From the NCBI RefSeq assembly GCF_900095195.1, contig NZ_LT606950.1, positions 967,207-999,206 of the forward strand: a DNA stretch of 32,000 bases, given 5' to 3'. This DNA is from Polynucleobacter necessarius (GTDB lineage: Bacteria; Pseudomonadota; Gammaproteobacteria; Burkholderiales; Burkholderiaceae). This document shows positions 23,854-32,000 of this stretch, in pieces; positions within the stretch are counted from its first letter, which is position 1, and every line of letters starts with the position of its first letter. A program made the position numbers and the translations under genes. The notes below the pieces were generated by a model. It ran no database searches. It was not told the DNA's origin and saw only the letters and a program-made list of their open reading frames with translations.

Positions 23854-26202
23854 TTAAAACGCAGTACCAACCTGAAACTGCAATCTTTGTACGTTAGCGG
23901 TTGGGTATGGCTTGTAAGGTATGCCATAGCTAAATTTTAGCGGACCCAACGGCGATATCCATGATACACCCAAACCATAGGAATAGCTCAATACCAGATT
24001 CATGTTTTGACCGAACGCGTTACCACCATCCACAAACGCAAAGGTTCGCAAGGTTTTATCAACGCCCGATCCAGGTACGGGGATGGTGTACTCCACATTC
24101 GTTACGATTTTAGATCGTCCGCCTGTTGGCTGGTAATCCCCAATTACCGAGTTATAGTACTGAGGACCCAAGGAACCTGGAGCATATCCACGCACGGAGC
24201 CAATGCCACCGACGTAGTAATTCTTGGTAATCGGGAACGAATGGTTTCCATAGGATTGACCATATCCAACCTCACCATTGAAGGACAAAATGTTACCCTT
24301 CGAGAATGAGTGATACTTCTGGTACTGACCATACATGCGATAAAAAGTCATATTACCGACAGGTGTACCAGCCTCTGCAGATAACTGCTGCAAAGAACCA
24401 TCGGAAGGTATCAGAGCGCTATCGCGACCATCTCGAGACCAGCCGACAGTAATCGGCACGTTATAGGTGGTTAATGTCGCTGGATATCCTGGATAAGCCA
24501 TGCCGTAACTTTGCGCATAATTTAAGTAAGGTACTGGCGTGTTGTATGTTGTCTGAATCTGAAATGTTTCAAGCCCGGTACCGAAGAATACGCGGTCAAC
24601 TTCTGTGTATGGAACACCAAACTTAATATTAGAACCAACAGATTTAATTTGATAATCTGGGTCGCCAACATAATACAGTGGCTTTGAAGATCGGTAGTAC
24701 AAATCGGCATAACGACTAATGCCCTCTTCCGTGAAATATGGATCGTAATTTGACAAAGTTAGGTTTTGATTAATCTTGCCTACTGAAAAATTCAAACCAA
24801 CTGCCGTTCCTGTACCAAAAGCATTTTCTTGATTAATACCTGCAGAGAGAATAAGTTTTTCTGTTGAAGAAAAACCTGCGCCAACGTTAATGGCGCCAGT
24901 AGGTTTTTCTGTGACCTTGACATTTACATCTACCTGATCTGATGATCCTGGAACATCGGTGGTGGTTATGTCTGTTTCCGTAAAATACCCTAAACGACCT
25001 AACCTCTTTTTTGACAATTCAATTTTGTCGCCATCAAACCATGAGCTTTCAAACTGTCGCATCTCACGACGAATGACCATATCGCGGGTTTTTGCATTTC
25101 CTGTAATATCGACCTTGCGCACATAGATGCGACGACCTGGATCGATCACCAATGTTAAATCCACCTCAGCGAGTTCTCGACGAATATCGGGCTGAGGATT
25201 GATTGTTGCAAAAGCATAGCCATAATTACCCAGAACTTCTGCAATCGCTTTGGTGCTTTCGGTCAATTTGGCTGATGAGAACGTGTCGCCCGGTTTTAAA
25301 ACTAAAAGCCGTTTAAATTCCGCTTCCTTGCCCAATAACTCCCCAGCAAAACGAATATCTTTAACAGTGAACTTTTTCCCCTCACGAATGCTAATGGTGA
25401 GATAAATTCCTTTTTTATCTGGTGTGATTGAAACTTGAGTGGATTCAATAACAAACTCTAAATAACCGCGATTTAGATAATAGGAACGAATCGTCTCCAA
25501 GTCAGCAGTCAGTTTTTGCTTGGAGTAAAGGTTGTCTTTGCTGTACCAAGAGAGCCAGCCGCCAGTCTTCAACTGCATTTCACCCTTGAGGGTCGACTCA
25601 CTAAAAGCTTCGTTACCAATAAAGTTAATTTCTTGGATTTTCGCAACGAAACCCTCATCGATATTGAAATAAATAGCGACTTGGTTTCTTTCTACGGGAG
25701 TAACGGTGGCAACAATTTCGGAGGCAAATAAGCCTTTACCTAAATACTGGCGTTTTAACTCTTGCTCTGCTTTATCGATGAGCGCCTTGTCGTAAAAGCG
25801 TGCTTCTGCTACACCAACGGTCCTTAATGACTTACGTACCACTTCAACATCAAACTCCTTCATTCCCGTAAACTCGATACGAGAAATAGTTGGGCGCTCT
25901 TTTACGATCACGATCAACACATCACCCTGAGCCTGAATTTGAACGTCTCTGAAAAATCCAGTGCTATACAGCGCCTTGATAGCCTCAGCACCCTTTTCTT
26001 CGGTGAATTTATCACCCACCTGAACAGACAAGTAACTAAATACCGTTCCCGGTTCGACGCGCTGTAGACCCTCGACACGAATATCCTTAACAACGAAAGG
26101 ATCAGCAGCGTAAGCATTCAAAGCAAGGCCGATAGCGATCGTCATCAGCAACTTCGCAATCTTGCGAACATATGAGATAGGGCTCAGAGAGAGAAAATTC
26201 AA
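23854..26202 (-). CDS. bamA: Outer membrane protein assembly factor BamA
   Basis: 782 aa with a signal peptide ending NAYAA, POTRA repeats and a C-terminal beta-barrel ending QFQVGTAF. The start is TTG at 26202, in a TTGA overlap with the rseP stop. The nearest in-frame ATG (MTIAIG...) would leave a signal peptide without a basic n-region. Confidence 0.9.
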   Translation of the reverse strand: MNFLSLSPISYVRKIAKLLMTIAIGLALNAYAADPFVVKDIRVEGLQRVEPGTVFSYLSVQVGDKFTEEKGAEAIKALYSTGFFRDVQIQAQGDVLIVIVKERPTISRIEFTGMKEFDVEVVRKSLRTVGVAEARFYDKALIDKAEQELKRQYLGKGLFASEIVATVTPVERNQVAIYFNIDEGFVAKIQEINFIGNEAFSESTLKGEMQLKTGGWLSWYSKDNLYSKQKLTADLETIRSYYLNRGYLEFVIESTQVSITPDKKGIYLTISIREGKKFTVKDIRFAGELLGKEAEFKRLLVLKPGDTFSSAKLTESTKAIAEVLGNYGYAFATINPQPDIRRELAEVDLTLVIDPGRRIYVRKVDITGNAKTRDMVIRREMRQFESSWFDGDKIELSKKRLGRLGYFTETDITTTDVPGSSDQVDVNVKVTEKPTGAINVGAGFSSTEKLILSAGINQENAFGTGTAVGLNFSVGKINQNLTLSNYDPYFTEEGISRYADLYYRSSKPLYYVGDPDYQIKSVGSNIKFGVPYTEVDRVFFGTGLETFQIQTTYNTPVPYLNYAQSYGMAYPGYPATLTTYNVPITVGWSRDGRDSALIPSDGSLQQLSAEAGTPVGNMTFYRMYGQYQKYHSFSKGNILSFNGEVGYGQSYGNHSFPITKNYYVGGIGSVRGYAPGSLGPQYYNSVIGDYQPTGGRSKIVTNVEYTIPVPGSGVDKTLRTFAFVDGGNAFGQNMNLVLSYSYGLGVSWISPLGPLKFSYGIPYKPYPTANVQRLQFQVGTAF

Positions 26203-27326
26203 AGCGATAAATAGCGTTGTAAATCGTTAAACATAGCTAGAAACGAGAGAGCAATCAACAACAGAAAGCCCACTTTTTGGAACTGTTCCTGCGCTGAGGC
26301 TGAAATTCGCTTTCCAGCAACTAACTCCCATGCATCATACAGGAGCTGGCCCCCATCCAACATGGGAAAAGGCAGCAAATTGAGCATCCCAATGCTGATA
26401 CTAATAAGCGCTAAAAATGCCAAAAACGCTTGCCAGCCTACTTGGGCGGACTTGCCTGCCATATCAGCGATACTGAGGGGCCCTCCCAGCTGCCTTAAGG
26501 AGGTCTTACCAGTAAACATTCCCAGCATCAAACGAATGGATACCTTCGTAATTAACCACACCCGCCTGGAGGCGAAAACTAAGGCCTCAAGGGGGTCTAA
26601 CTTTAGCTCCGTCCATCTAGTGGGTGAACTTACCGCGGGAAGCAAGCCTAGCTCGCGCATAGGGTCGCCATTAGACTCAATTTTGGGAAGATCCTGGACG
26701 CCAAAAACTTTGATAAATCGCCCACCATTAAGGCTCTCTATTTTGAGTGCAAAACCAAATTCGCCAGTCAAGGCATCCATTAAGTCCCAACGCAATGCAT
26801 TCCAACTTGGTACCGAGTCAAATGCCCCGGAAATTGGTGCGGCTTCTGGAGAAAGTACTTGCCATCCGACGACCTTGTCTCCTTGAATAACGCCCAACCG
26901 GGCTGCTACAGAATGCTCAGGCGGGCTTTGCAAAACTGCTGGAAGTTGCGGGACGCCAGAAATGTAAATAAAAGAAAAGAGGGCAATCGCCAAAATGAAG
27001 TTGGCAAATGGTCCCGCAGCAACAATGAACGAACGCTGCCAAAGTGGCTTTTGATCAAATGCTTGAAAATTCTCTACCGCGGATAGTTGTTGTGAGCGAT
27101 CGCGAGCATCCAGTAGTTTTACATAACCACCCAATGGAATAGCAGCAATCACCCATTCTGTTTTATTTTTGGCATGGTAAGCAAAAAGCGGCTTACCGAA
27201 ACCGATCGCAAATCGCAGCACCCTGACGCCACACGCCCTCGCTGCAACAAAATGACCGAATTCATGAAAGCTAACCAAAACTCCAAGAGTCAATAAAAAG
27301 GCGCTGATGGTAATAAGCACTTGCAT
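26199..27326 (-). CDS. rseP: RIP zinc metalloprotease RseP (site-2 protease)
   Basis: 375-aa ATG ORF with HEFGHF at residues 21-26 and NLLPFPMLDGG near the C-terminus. Only one PDZ-like segment is recognisable between the membrane parts. Confidence 0.85.
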   Translation of the reverse strand: MQVLITISAFLLTLGVLVSFHEFGHFVAARACGVRVLRFAIGFGKPLFAYHAKNKTEWVIAAIPLGGYVKLLDARDRSQQLSAVENFQAFDQKPLWQRSFIVAAGPFANFILAIALFSFIYISGVPQLPAVLQSPPEHSVAARLGVIQGDKVVGWQVLSPEAAPISGAFDSVPSWNALRWDLMDALTGEFGFALKIESLNGGRFIKVFGVQDLPKIESNGDPMRELGLLPAVSSPTRWTELKLDPLEALVFASRRVWLITKVSIRLMLGMFTGKTSLRQLGGPLSIADMAGKSAQVGWQAFLAFLALISISIGMLNLLPFPMLDGGQLLYDAWELVAGKRISASAQEQFQKVGFLLLIALSFLAMFNDLQRYLSL

Positions 27327-27344
27327 GAACTGTAGCGACTGAAT

Positions 27345-28544
27345 CTACTGCTGTATACTGCGGATACAGTTGTGCGCAACTGCTCTAGCTTGCGCATCAA
27401 TATCCAAAATAGAATCGAGAGAATCTGCACTCTCTACAGGCAACTGATTTAATACTCTCTCTACTACTTGCGGGATATGTAAATACGGTAGGCCTGTTTC
27501 TAAAAACGCTGCCACCGCCACCTCATTCGCTGCGTTCAATACTGCCGGGGCTGAGCCCCCTGCCTTTGCTGCAGCAAAGGCTAAACTAAGGCAAGGAAAG
27601 CGTGAGAGCTCAGGCTCTGAAAAATTTAAGTTCGCCAACTGCATCAAATTCAATGGCGCCACACCCGAAACAATTCGCTCAGGCCAATCCAATCCATAAG
27701 CAATCGGTGTACGCATATCCGGCTGACCCAACTGCGCCAGTACAGAGCCGTCGCAATAACGTACTAGTGAATGCACAACACTTTGCGGGTGAATAATGAC
27801 TTTAATTTTTTCAAGGGGTAAGCCAAACAACCAATAAGCCTCAATCACTTCAAGACCTTTATTCATCATAGTCGCAGAATCGACGGAAATTTTTCTACCC
27901 ATCACCCAGTTCGGATGAGCACATGCTTGCTCGGGCGTAATTTCAGCCAATTGATTAAGTGGTGTATTACGAAAGGGGCCGCCCGATGCGGTAAGCCACA
28001 ATTCTTCAACGCCATCATGTTGCGTTTCTGAACTCGAGGATCCTGTAAAAAATTGATAAGGGAGGCACTGAAAAATAGCATTGTGTTCGCTATCAATAGG
28101 CAATAGTGCGCCGCCGCCCACTTTCATGGCCTGCATAAATAAATTGCCTGACATCACTAGCGCCTCTTTGTTTGCTAAGAGGACGCGTTTGCCGGCCTTC
28201 GCAGCAGCTAAAGTGGGCATTAGGCCTGCTGCTCCCACAATTGCCGCCATAACGGTATCGCATCCAGAATCCAATACTGCCGTTACCAGGGCTTCAGGAC
28301 CATACAACACTCGTGTCTTGAGATTTTTATTCTGCAGTACTTTTTCTAAACGGGATGCATCTGTCGCACTAGTAACCACTGCAATTGATGGGGCAAACTC
28401 AACACACTGCTCCGCGAGTTTCTCGACCTGCTTGCCAGCGGTTAAGGCAGTTACCTGAAAACGGTCTGGATTCGAGCGAATTACATCCAGTGTATTGGCC
28501 CCAATAGAGCCTGTGGAACCCAGAATGGCAACTTTACGAACCAT
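27345..28544 (-). CDS. dxr: 1-deoxy-D-xylulose-5-phosphate reductoisomerase
   Basis: I prefer the ATG at 28544 ([15 protein letters not shown]), which forms a TGATG junction with the cdsA stop. The tracked start at 28547 is a TTG one codon upstream. 399 aa. Confidence 0.9.
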   Translation of the reverse strand: MVRKVAILGSTGSIGANTLDVIRSNPDRFQVTALTAGKQVEKLAEQCVEFAPSIAVVTSATDASRLEKVLQNKNLKTRVLYGPEALVTAVLDSGCDTVMAAIVGAAGLMPTLAAAKAGKRVLLANKEALVMSGNLFMQAMKVGGGALLPIDSEHNAIFQCLPYQFFTGSSSSETQHDGVEELWLTASGGPFRNTPLNQLAEITPEQACAHPNWVMGRKISVDSATMMNKGLEVIEAYWLFGLPLEKIKVIIHPQSVVHSLVRYCDGSVLAQLGQPDMRTPIAYGLDWPERIVSGVAPLNLMQLANLNFSEPELSRFPCLSLAFAAAKAGGSAPAVLNAANEVAVAAFLETGLPYLHIPQVVERVLNQLPVESADSLDSILDIDAQARAVAHNCIRSIQQ

Positions 28545-29371
28545 CAAACTAAACCTGCAAGTAACGCTGCAATCGGCATCGTTGGGATTAATGCATCAAC
28601 GCGATCCAAGACTCCACCATGCCCAGGCAATAAATGGCTACCGTCTTTTACGCCAGCCAAGCGCTTCAATTGCGACTCAAAAAGATCACCAAAAATACTA
28701 AAAGCAGTTAATACAGCAACCATCAGAAACATGGGGACCCAACCAAAACGAATAGCCCAGGCTCCAAAGAGAGTCGATTCAAACGGCAAAAAGAAAACAC
28801 ATGCTAATGCATAGACGCAACACAGAACCAGGCCGCCCAGCGCACCCTCTACCGACTTACCAGGGCTAATCTGTGCTGCTAGTTTGCGCTTACCGAAAGC
28901 CTTGCCGACAAAATAAGCACCAATATCAGCCACCCACACTAATGCCATTGTTGTTAATAAAAACACCAATCCGAGCTCGCGTAAAAATGCCAAGGCAAAC
29001 CAAGTGGCTGGCAACAAAATCAAACCAAGCACTACGTAAAACGAACGCAACCTGTCTAACGAAAGATGCATTCCCCTTGCTAGAATAAATGGAGCCACCA
29101 AAAACCAAAAGAGAACCGCTAGAAGCAATAAGCCAAATTGCCAACTAACATTTTGGGTTGCTAGCAAAAATACGATGATAGCCAAACAAAAAACTGCATA
29201 AAGATACGCTGCACGCCCTGCTTCAGGCGCTAACAAAAGACTCCATTCCCAAGCACCTGCGAGTAAGGCAATTAAGAAAAATCCACCGATATACACCGGC
29301 GGCAGAAAAAATAAAATCGGCAAGAGCACTGCCAACAGAACAAGGGCAGTAATCACTCGGGTTTTTAACAT
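28544..29371 (-). CDS. cdsA: Phosphatidate cytidylyltransferase
   Basis: 275-aa ATG ORF, polytopic membrane protein, with the signature [27 protein letters not shown]. Confidence 0.9.
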   Translation of the reverse strand: MLKTRVITALVLLAVLLPILFFLPPVYIGGFFLIALLAGAWEWSLLLAPEAGRAAYLYAVFCLAIIVFLLATQNVSWQFGLLLLAVLFWFLVAPFILARGMHLSLDRLRSFYVVLGLILLPATWFALAFLRELGLVFLLTTMALVWVADIGAYFVGKAFGKRKLAAQISPGKSVEGALGGLVLCCVYALACVFFLPFESTLFGAWAIRFGWVPMFLMVAVLTAFSIFGDLFESQLKRLAGVKDGSHLLPGHGGVLDRVDALIPTMPIAALLAGLV

Positions 29372-29389
29372 GTCGGGGAATTCGAATAT

Positions 29390-30163
29390 TTAGACTGCAT
29401 CGCTTAATGCCGGCGATGCAAGCTGAGCACTAGTGCGGCCAAAGCGGCGCTCGCGCTGACTAAACCAATCAAACGCTTTATGCAGTTCAGCCTCATCAAA
29501 ATCAGGCCATAGAACGTCTGTGAAATACAGCTCTGTATAGGCTAACTGCCAAAGCAGAAAGTTACTAATGCGCTGCTCGCCGCCAGTACGGATGAATAGA
29601 TCAGGCTCCGGTGCGTAGGCCATGGATAGGTGCGGTTGCAAGAGATCCTCGTTCACATCTTCTGGCTTCAAATTGGGGCTGACTGCCAAACAACGCTGCA
29701 TCGCCTGCAAAATATCCCAGCGACCGCCATAGTTAGCTGCAATCGTAAATGTCAAAGCTTTACATCCGGCCGTCCTCTTTTCAGAAAACTCCACCATCTC
29801 CTGAATAGCACCATCAAAACGACTGAGATCGCCAATCAATCGCAAGCAGATATCGTTTTCTGCAAGCCGCGATACTTCACCTTTGAGGGATTTTAGAAAG
29901 AGTTTCATTAAAAAGCCCACCTCTTCTGGTGGGCGTCGCCAGTTTTCCGAACTGAATGCAAATACCGTAAGGTACTCAACCCCAATACGACGGCACTCTT
30001 GAACAATTTTGCGTACTGCACCCAAACCTTCAGAGTGCCCCACTACGCGAGGCATCATGCGCTTACTTGCCCAACGACCATTGCCATCCACGATGATTGC
30101 CACATGGCGAGGGATAGCGGTGACCTCAGGTATAGATTGCGTCGAACTAAGGTGTTGGGTCAT
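29390..30163 (-). CDS. uppS: Undecaprenyl-diphosphate synthase (di-trans,poly-cis)
   Basis: I prefer the ATG at 30163; the tracked start at 30175 is TTG. Motifs HVAIIVDGNGRWA and RTGGEQRISNFLLWQ.AYTELYF are present. Confidence 0.9.
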   Translation of the reverse strand: MTQHLSSTQSIPEVTAIPRHVAIIVDGNGRWASKRMMPRVVGHSEGLGAVRKIVQECRRIGVEYLTVFAFSSENWRRPPEEVGFLMKLFLKSLKGEVSRLAENDICLRLIGDLSRFDGAIQEMVEFSEKRTAGCKALTFTIAANYGGRWDILQAMQRCLAVSPNLKPEDVNEDLLQPHLSMAYAPEPDLFIRTGGEQRISNFLLWQLAYTELYFTDVLWPDFDEAELHKAFDWFSQRERRFGRTSAQLASPALSDAV

Positions 30164-30192
30164 GTAATTAATCAAGTGAAAGCGAGCAGACC

Positions 30193-30753
30193 TTAAACGG
30201 TCATGATCTCTTTTTCTTTTTCAGAGATGATTTTGTCAATATCTACAACTACTTTATCCGTCATCTTCTGAATATCATCGGTTGCACGACGCTCTTCGTC
30301 TTCAGAAATCTCTTTATCTTTCGTTAAGCGCTTGAGATGTTCGTTCGCATCACGACGCAGATTACGCACTGCGATCTTGGCATCTTCACCTTCACTCTTC
30401 ACTACCTTTGTCAGCTCGCGACGACGCTCTTCCGTCAAGGCAGGCATCGGCACACGGATCACCGTTCCTTGCGAAGCAGGATTTAAACCTAAGTCGGAGT
30501 CACGAATCGCTTTCTCAACCGCTGCAACCATGGTCTTCTCAAAAGGCTGAACATTGATCGTGCGAGCGTCGGCCAGACCCAAGCTAGCTACCTGACTTAA
30601 TGACGTTGGATTACCGTAATACTCCACCTGAATATGCTCCAAGATGCCTGGGTTAGCGCGCCCAGAACGAATCTTTGCCAAATTGGATTTCAAAGCCTCT
30701 AGAGACTTCTCCATTTTTTGCTGAGTGGTTGTTTTAATTTCTGCTGCAAACAT
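30193..30753 (-). CDS. frr: Ribosome recycling factor
   Basis: 186-aa ATG ORF with typical RRF sequence ([26 protein letters not shown]). Confidence 0.95.
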   Translation of the reverse strand: MFAAEIKTTTQQKMEKSLEALKSNLAKIRSGRANPGILEHIQVEYYGNPTSLSQVASLGLADARTINVQPFEKTMVAAVEKAIRDSDLGLNPASQGTVIRVPMPALTEERRRELTKVVKSEGEDAKIAVRNLRRDANEHLKRLTKDKEISEDEERRATDDIQKMTDKVVVDIDKIISEKEKEIMTV

Positions 30754-30764
30754 CTGGCCTCCTA

Positions 30765-31475
30765 TTAAACGTGCACCAAAGTACCCTCAGACTCACCCTG
30801 CACGACACGCATCAGCGCGCCTGGCTTGAGGATTGAAAATACTTTGATGGGTAATTTGCGATCACGGCACAAAGCAAAAGCCGTAGCGTCCATGACTTGT
30901 AAGTTCTTAATTAATGCTTCATCAAAGGTGATGGTTTTATAAAGCGTCGCGCTGGGATCTTTTACCGGATCTGCGCTGTAAATGCCGTCCACTTTGGTTG
31001 CTTTGAGCATCACCTCTACACCCATTTCAGCGCCGCGCAGAGCGGCTGCGGTATCCGTAGTAAAGAACGGATTACCAGTACCTGCCGCAAAAATGACGAC
31101 CTTGCCTTCGCTTATGGCACGAATCGCACGAGGACGAATGTAAGGCTCAACTACTTGATCCATACGCAAGGCAGATTGCACACGCGCCTCAACGCCTTTT
31201 TGACGTAAAGCATCCTGTAATGCCAATGAGTTCATCATGGTGGCCAACATGCCCATGTAGTCTGCAGTAGCACGATCCATGCCCGCTGCGCCACCTGCAA
31301 CACCGCGGAAAATATTTCCGCCACCAATCACGATAGCCAGCTCTACGCCGCTATTTACGACTTGTGCAATCTCAGAAACCATGGAGTCAATGGTGACCGG
31401 ATTAATGCCAAAAGCATCATCCCCCATCAGGGCTTCACCAGATAATTTAAGGAGGACGCGTTTGTAGCCTGGCAT
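30765..31475 (-). CDS. pyrH: UMP kinase
   Basis: I chose the ATG at 31475 ([16 protein letters not shown]), giving 236 aa. The tracked start at 31499 is an upstream TTG. Confidence 0.95.
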   Translation of the reverse strand: MPGYKRVLLKLSGEALMGDDAFGINPVTIDSMVSEIAQVVNSGVELAIVIGGGNIFRGVAGGAAGMDRATADYMGMLATMMNSLALQDALRQKGVEARVQSALRMDQVVEPYIRPRAIRAISEGKVVIFAAGTGNPFFTTDTAAALRGAEMGVEVMLKATKVDGIYSADPVKDPSATLYKTITFDEALIKNLQVMDATAFALCRDRKLPIKVFSILKPGALMRVVQGESEGTLVHV

Positions 31476-31583
31476 ATTTTTATTTTCCGTAATTTGCAAA
31501 GTATTTTCGTACTTAGCTTATTGATCTTTAAGCACTTTTTAATATCTCCGCCAAATTATAAAGGGCTTGGGAAAGATCAAAGA

Positions 31584-31617
31584 AAAGGGCACAGAAACTA
31601 AGGTTTCTGTGCCCTTT
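31584..31617 (-). terminator. Rho-independent terminator downstream of tsf
   Basis: Perfect 15-bp stem AAAGGGCACAGAAAC / GTTTCTGTGCCCTTT with a 4-nt loop, 43 nt after the tsf stop, followed on the minus strand by T-rich sequence. Confidence 0.6.
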
Positions 31618-31659
31618 CAGGTGCTATACGCATCTCGGGGACTTGCCCCAAAACGCTAA

Positions 31660-32000
31660 TTAAGCAGTTGCTTTAGAAGCTGCGGCAACCTGCGCTGCCA
31701 CTTCAGCCGCAAAGTCATCCTGACGCTTCTCGATGCCTTCGCCAACAACAAACATTGTGAATGCTTTCACATTGGTATTGGCAGCCTTAAGCATTTGCTC
31801 AACGGTTTGCTTGTCATTCTTGACGAAGGTTTGGTTCAACAAAGACACCTCTTTGAGGTACTTCTGAATAGAACCCTCAACCATCTTCTCGACAATTTCT
31901 GGTGGCTTACCAGATTCAGCAGCTTTTTGAACAGCAACACTACGCTCAACAGCAATCTTCTCAGCCGGCACATCCGCAGTAGAAAGCGCAACTGGTTTCA
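31660..32000 (-). CDS. tsf: Elongation factor Ts, C-terminal part (gene continues beyond the window edge)
   Basis: The frame is open to position 32000 ([20 protein letters not shown]...[21 protein letters not shown]), typical of the EF-Ts C-terminus. It lies upstream of pyrH as usual. Confidence 0.9.
   Translation of the reverse strand, partial: KPVALSTADVPAEKIAVERSVAVQKAAESGKPPEIVEKMVEGSIQKYLKEVSLLNQTFVKNDKQTVEQMLKAANTNVKAFTMFVVGEGIEKRQDDFAAEVAAQVAAASKATA

Overview
Chromosomal core region of a moderately AT-rich betaproteobacterium. Protein sequences and gene order look like Burkholderiales, and my best guess is Polynucleobacter; that is inference and cannot be verified without a database search. 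About 35 genes are present: a PAP2 phosphatase, rlmJ, ldcA, tadA, queD/queE, two tandem lipoprotein genes, a DUF455 gene, guaA, guaB, rnfH-ratA divergent from smpB, a four-gene ATP-grasp/alpha-E/transglutaminase/proteasome-type module, ppsA/ppsR, a TrmH-family methyltransferase, and the classic rnhB-lpxB-lpxA-fabZ-lpxD-skp-bamA-rseP-dxr-cdsA-uppS-frr-pyrH-tsf supercluster. I found no new gene system. The dominant signal is gene decay. Twelve genes (about 10.9 kb by my coordinates, roughly one third of the window) are near-full-length pseudogenes carrying frameshifts, nonsense codons, an 11-bp tandem duplication and short deletions. The translation, envelope and nucleotide genes around them are intact and tightly packed. 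This pattern fits recent reductive evolution, as in an obligate symbiont lineage. I recognised no CRISPR array, transposase, integrase, prophage, tRNA or rRNA. Every lesion call comes from my own translation of the sequence. Family assignments rest on recognised motifs, not on searches.
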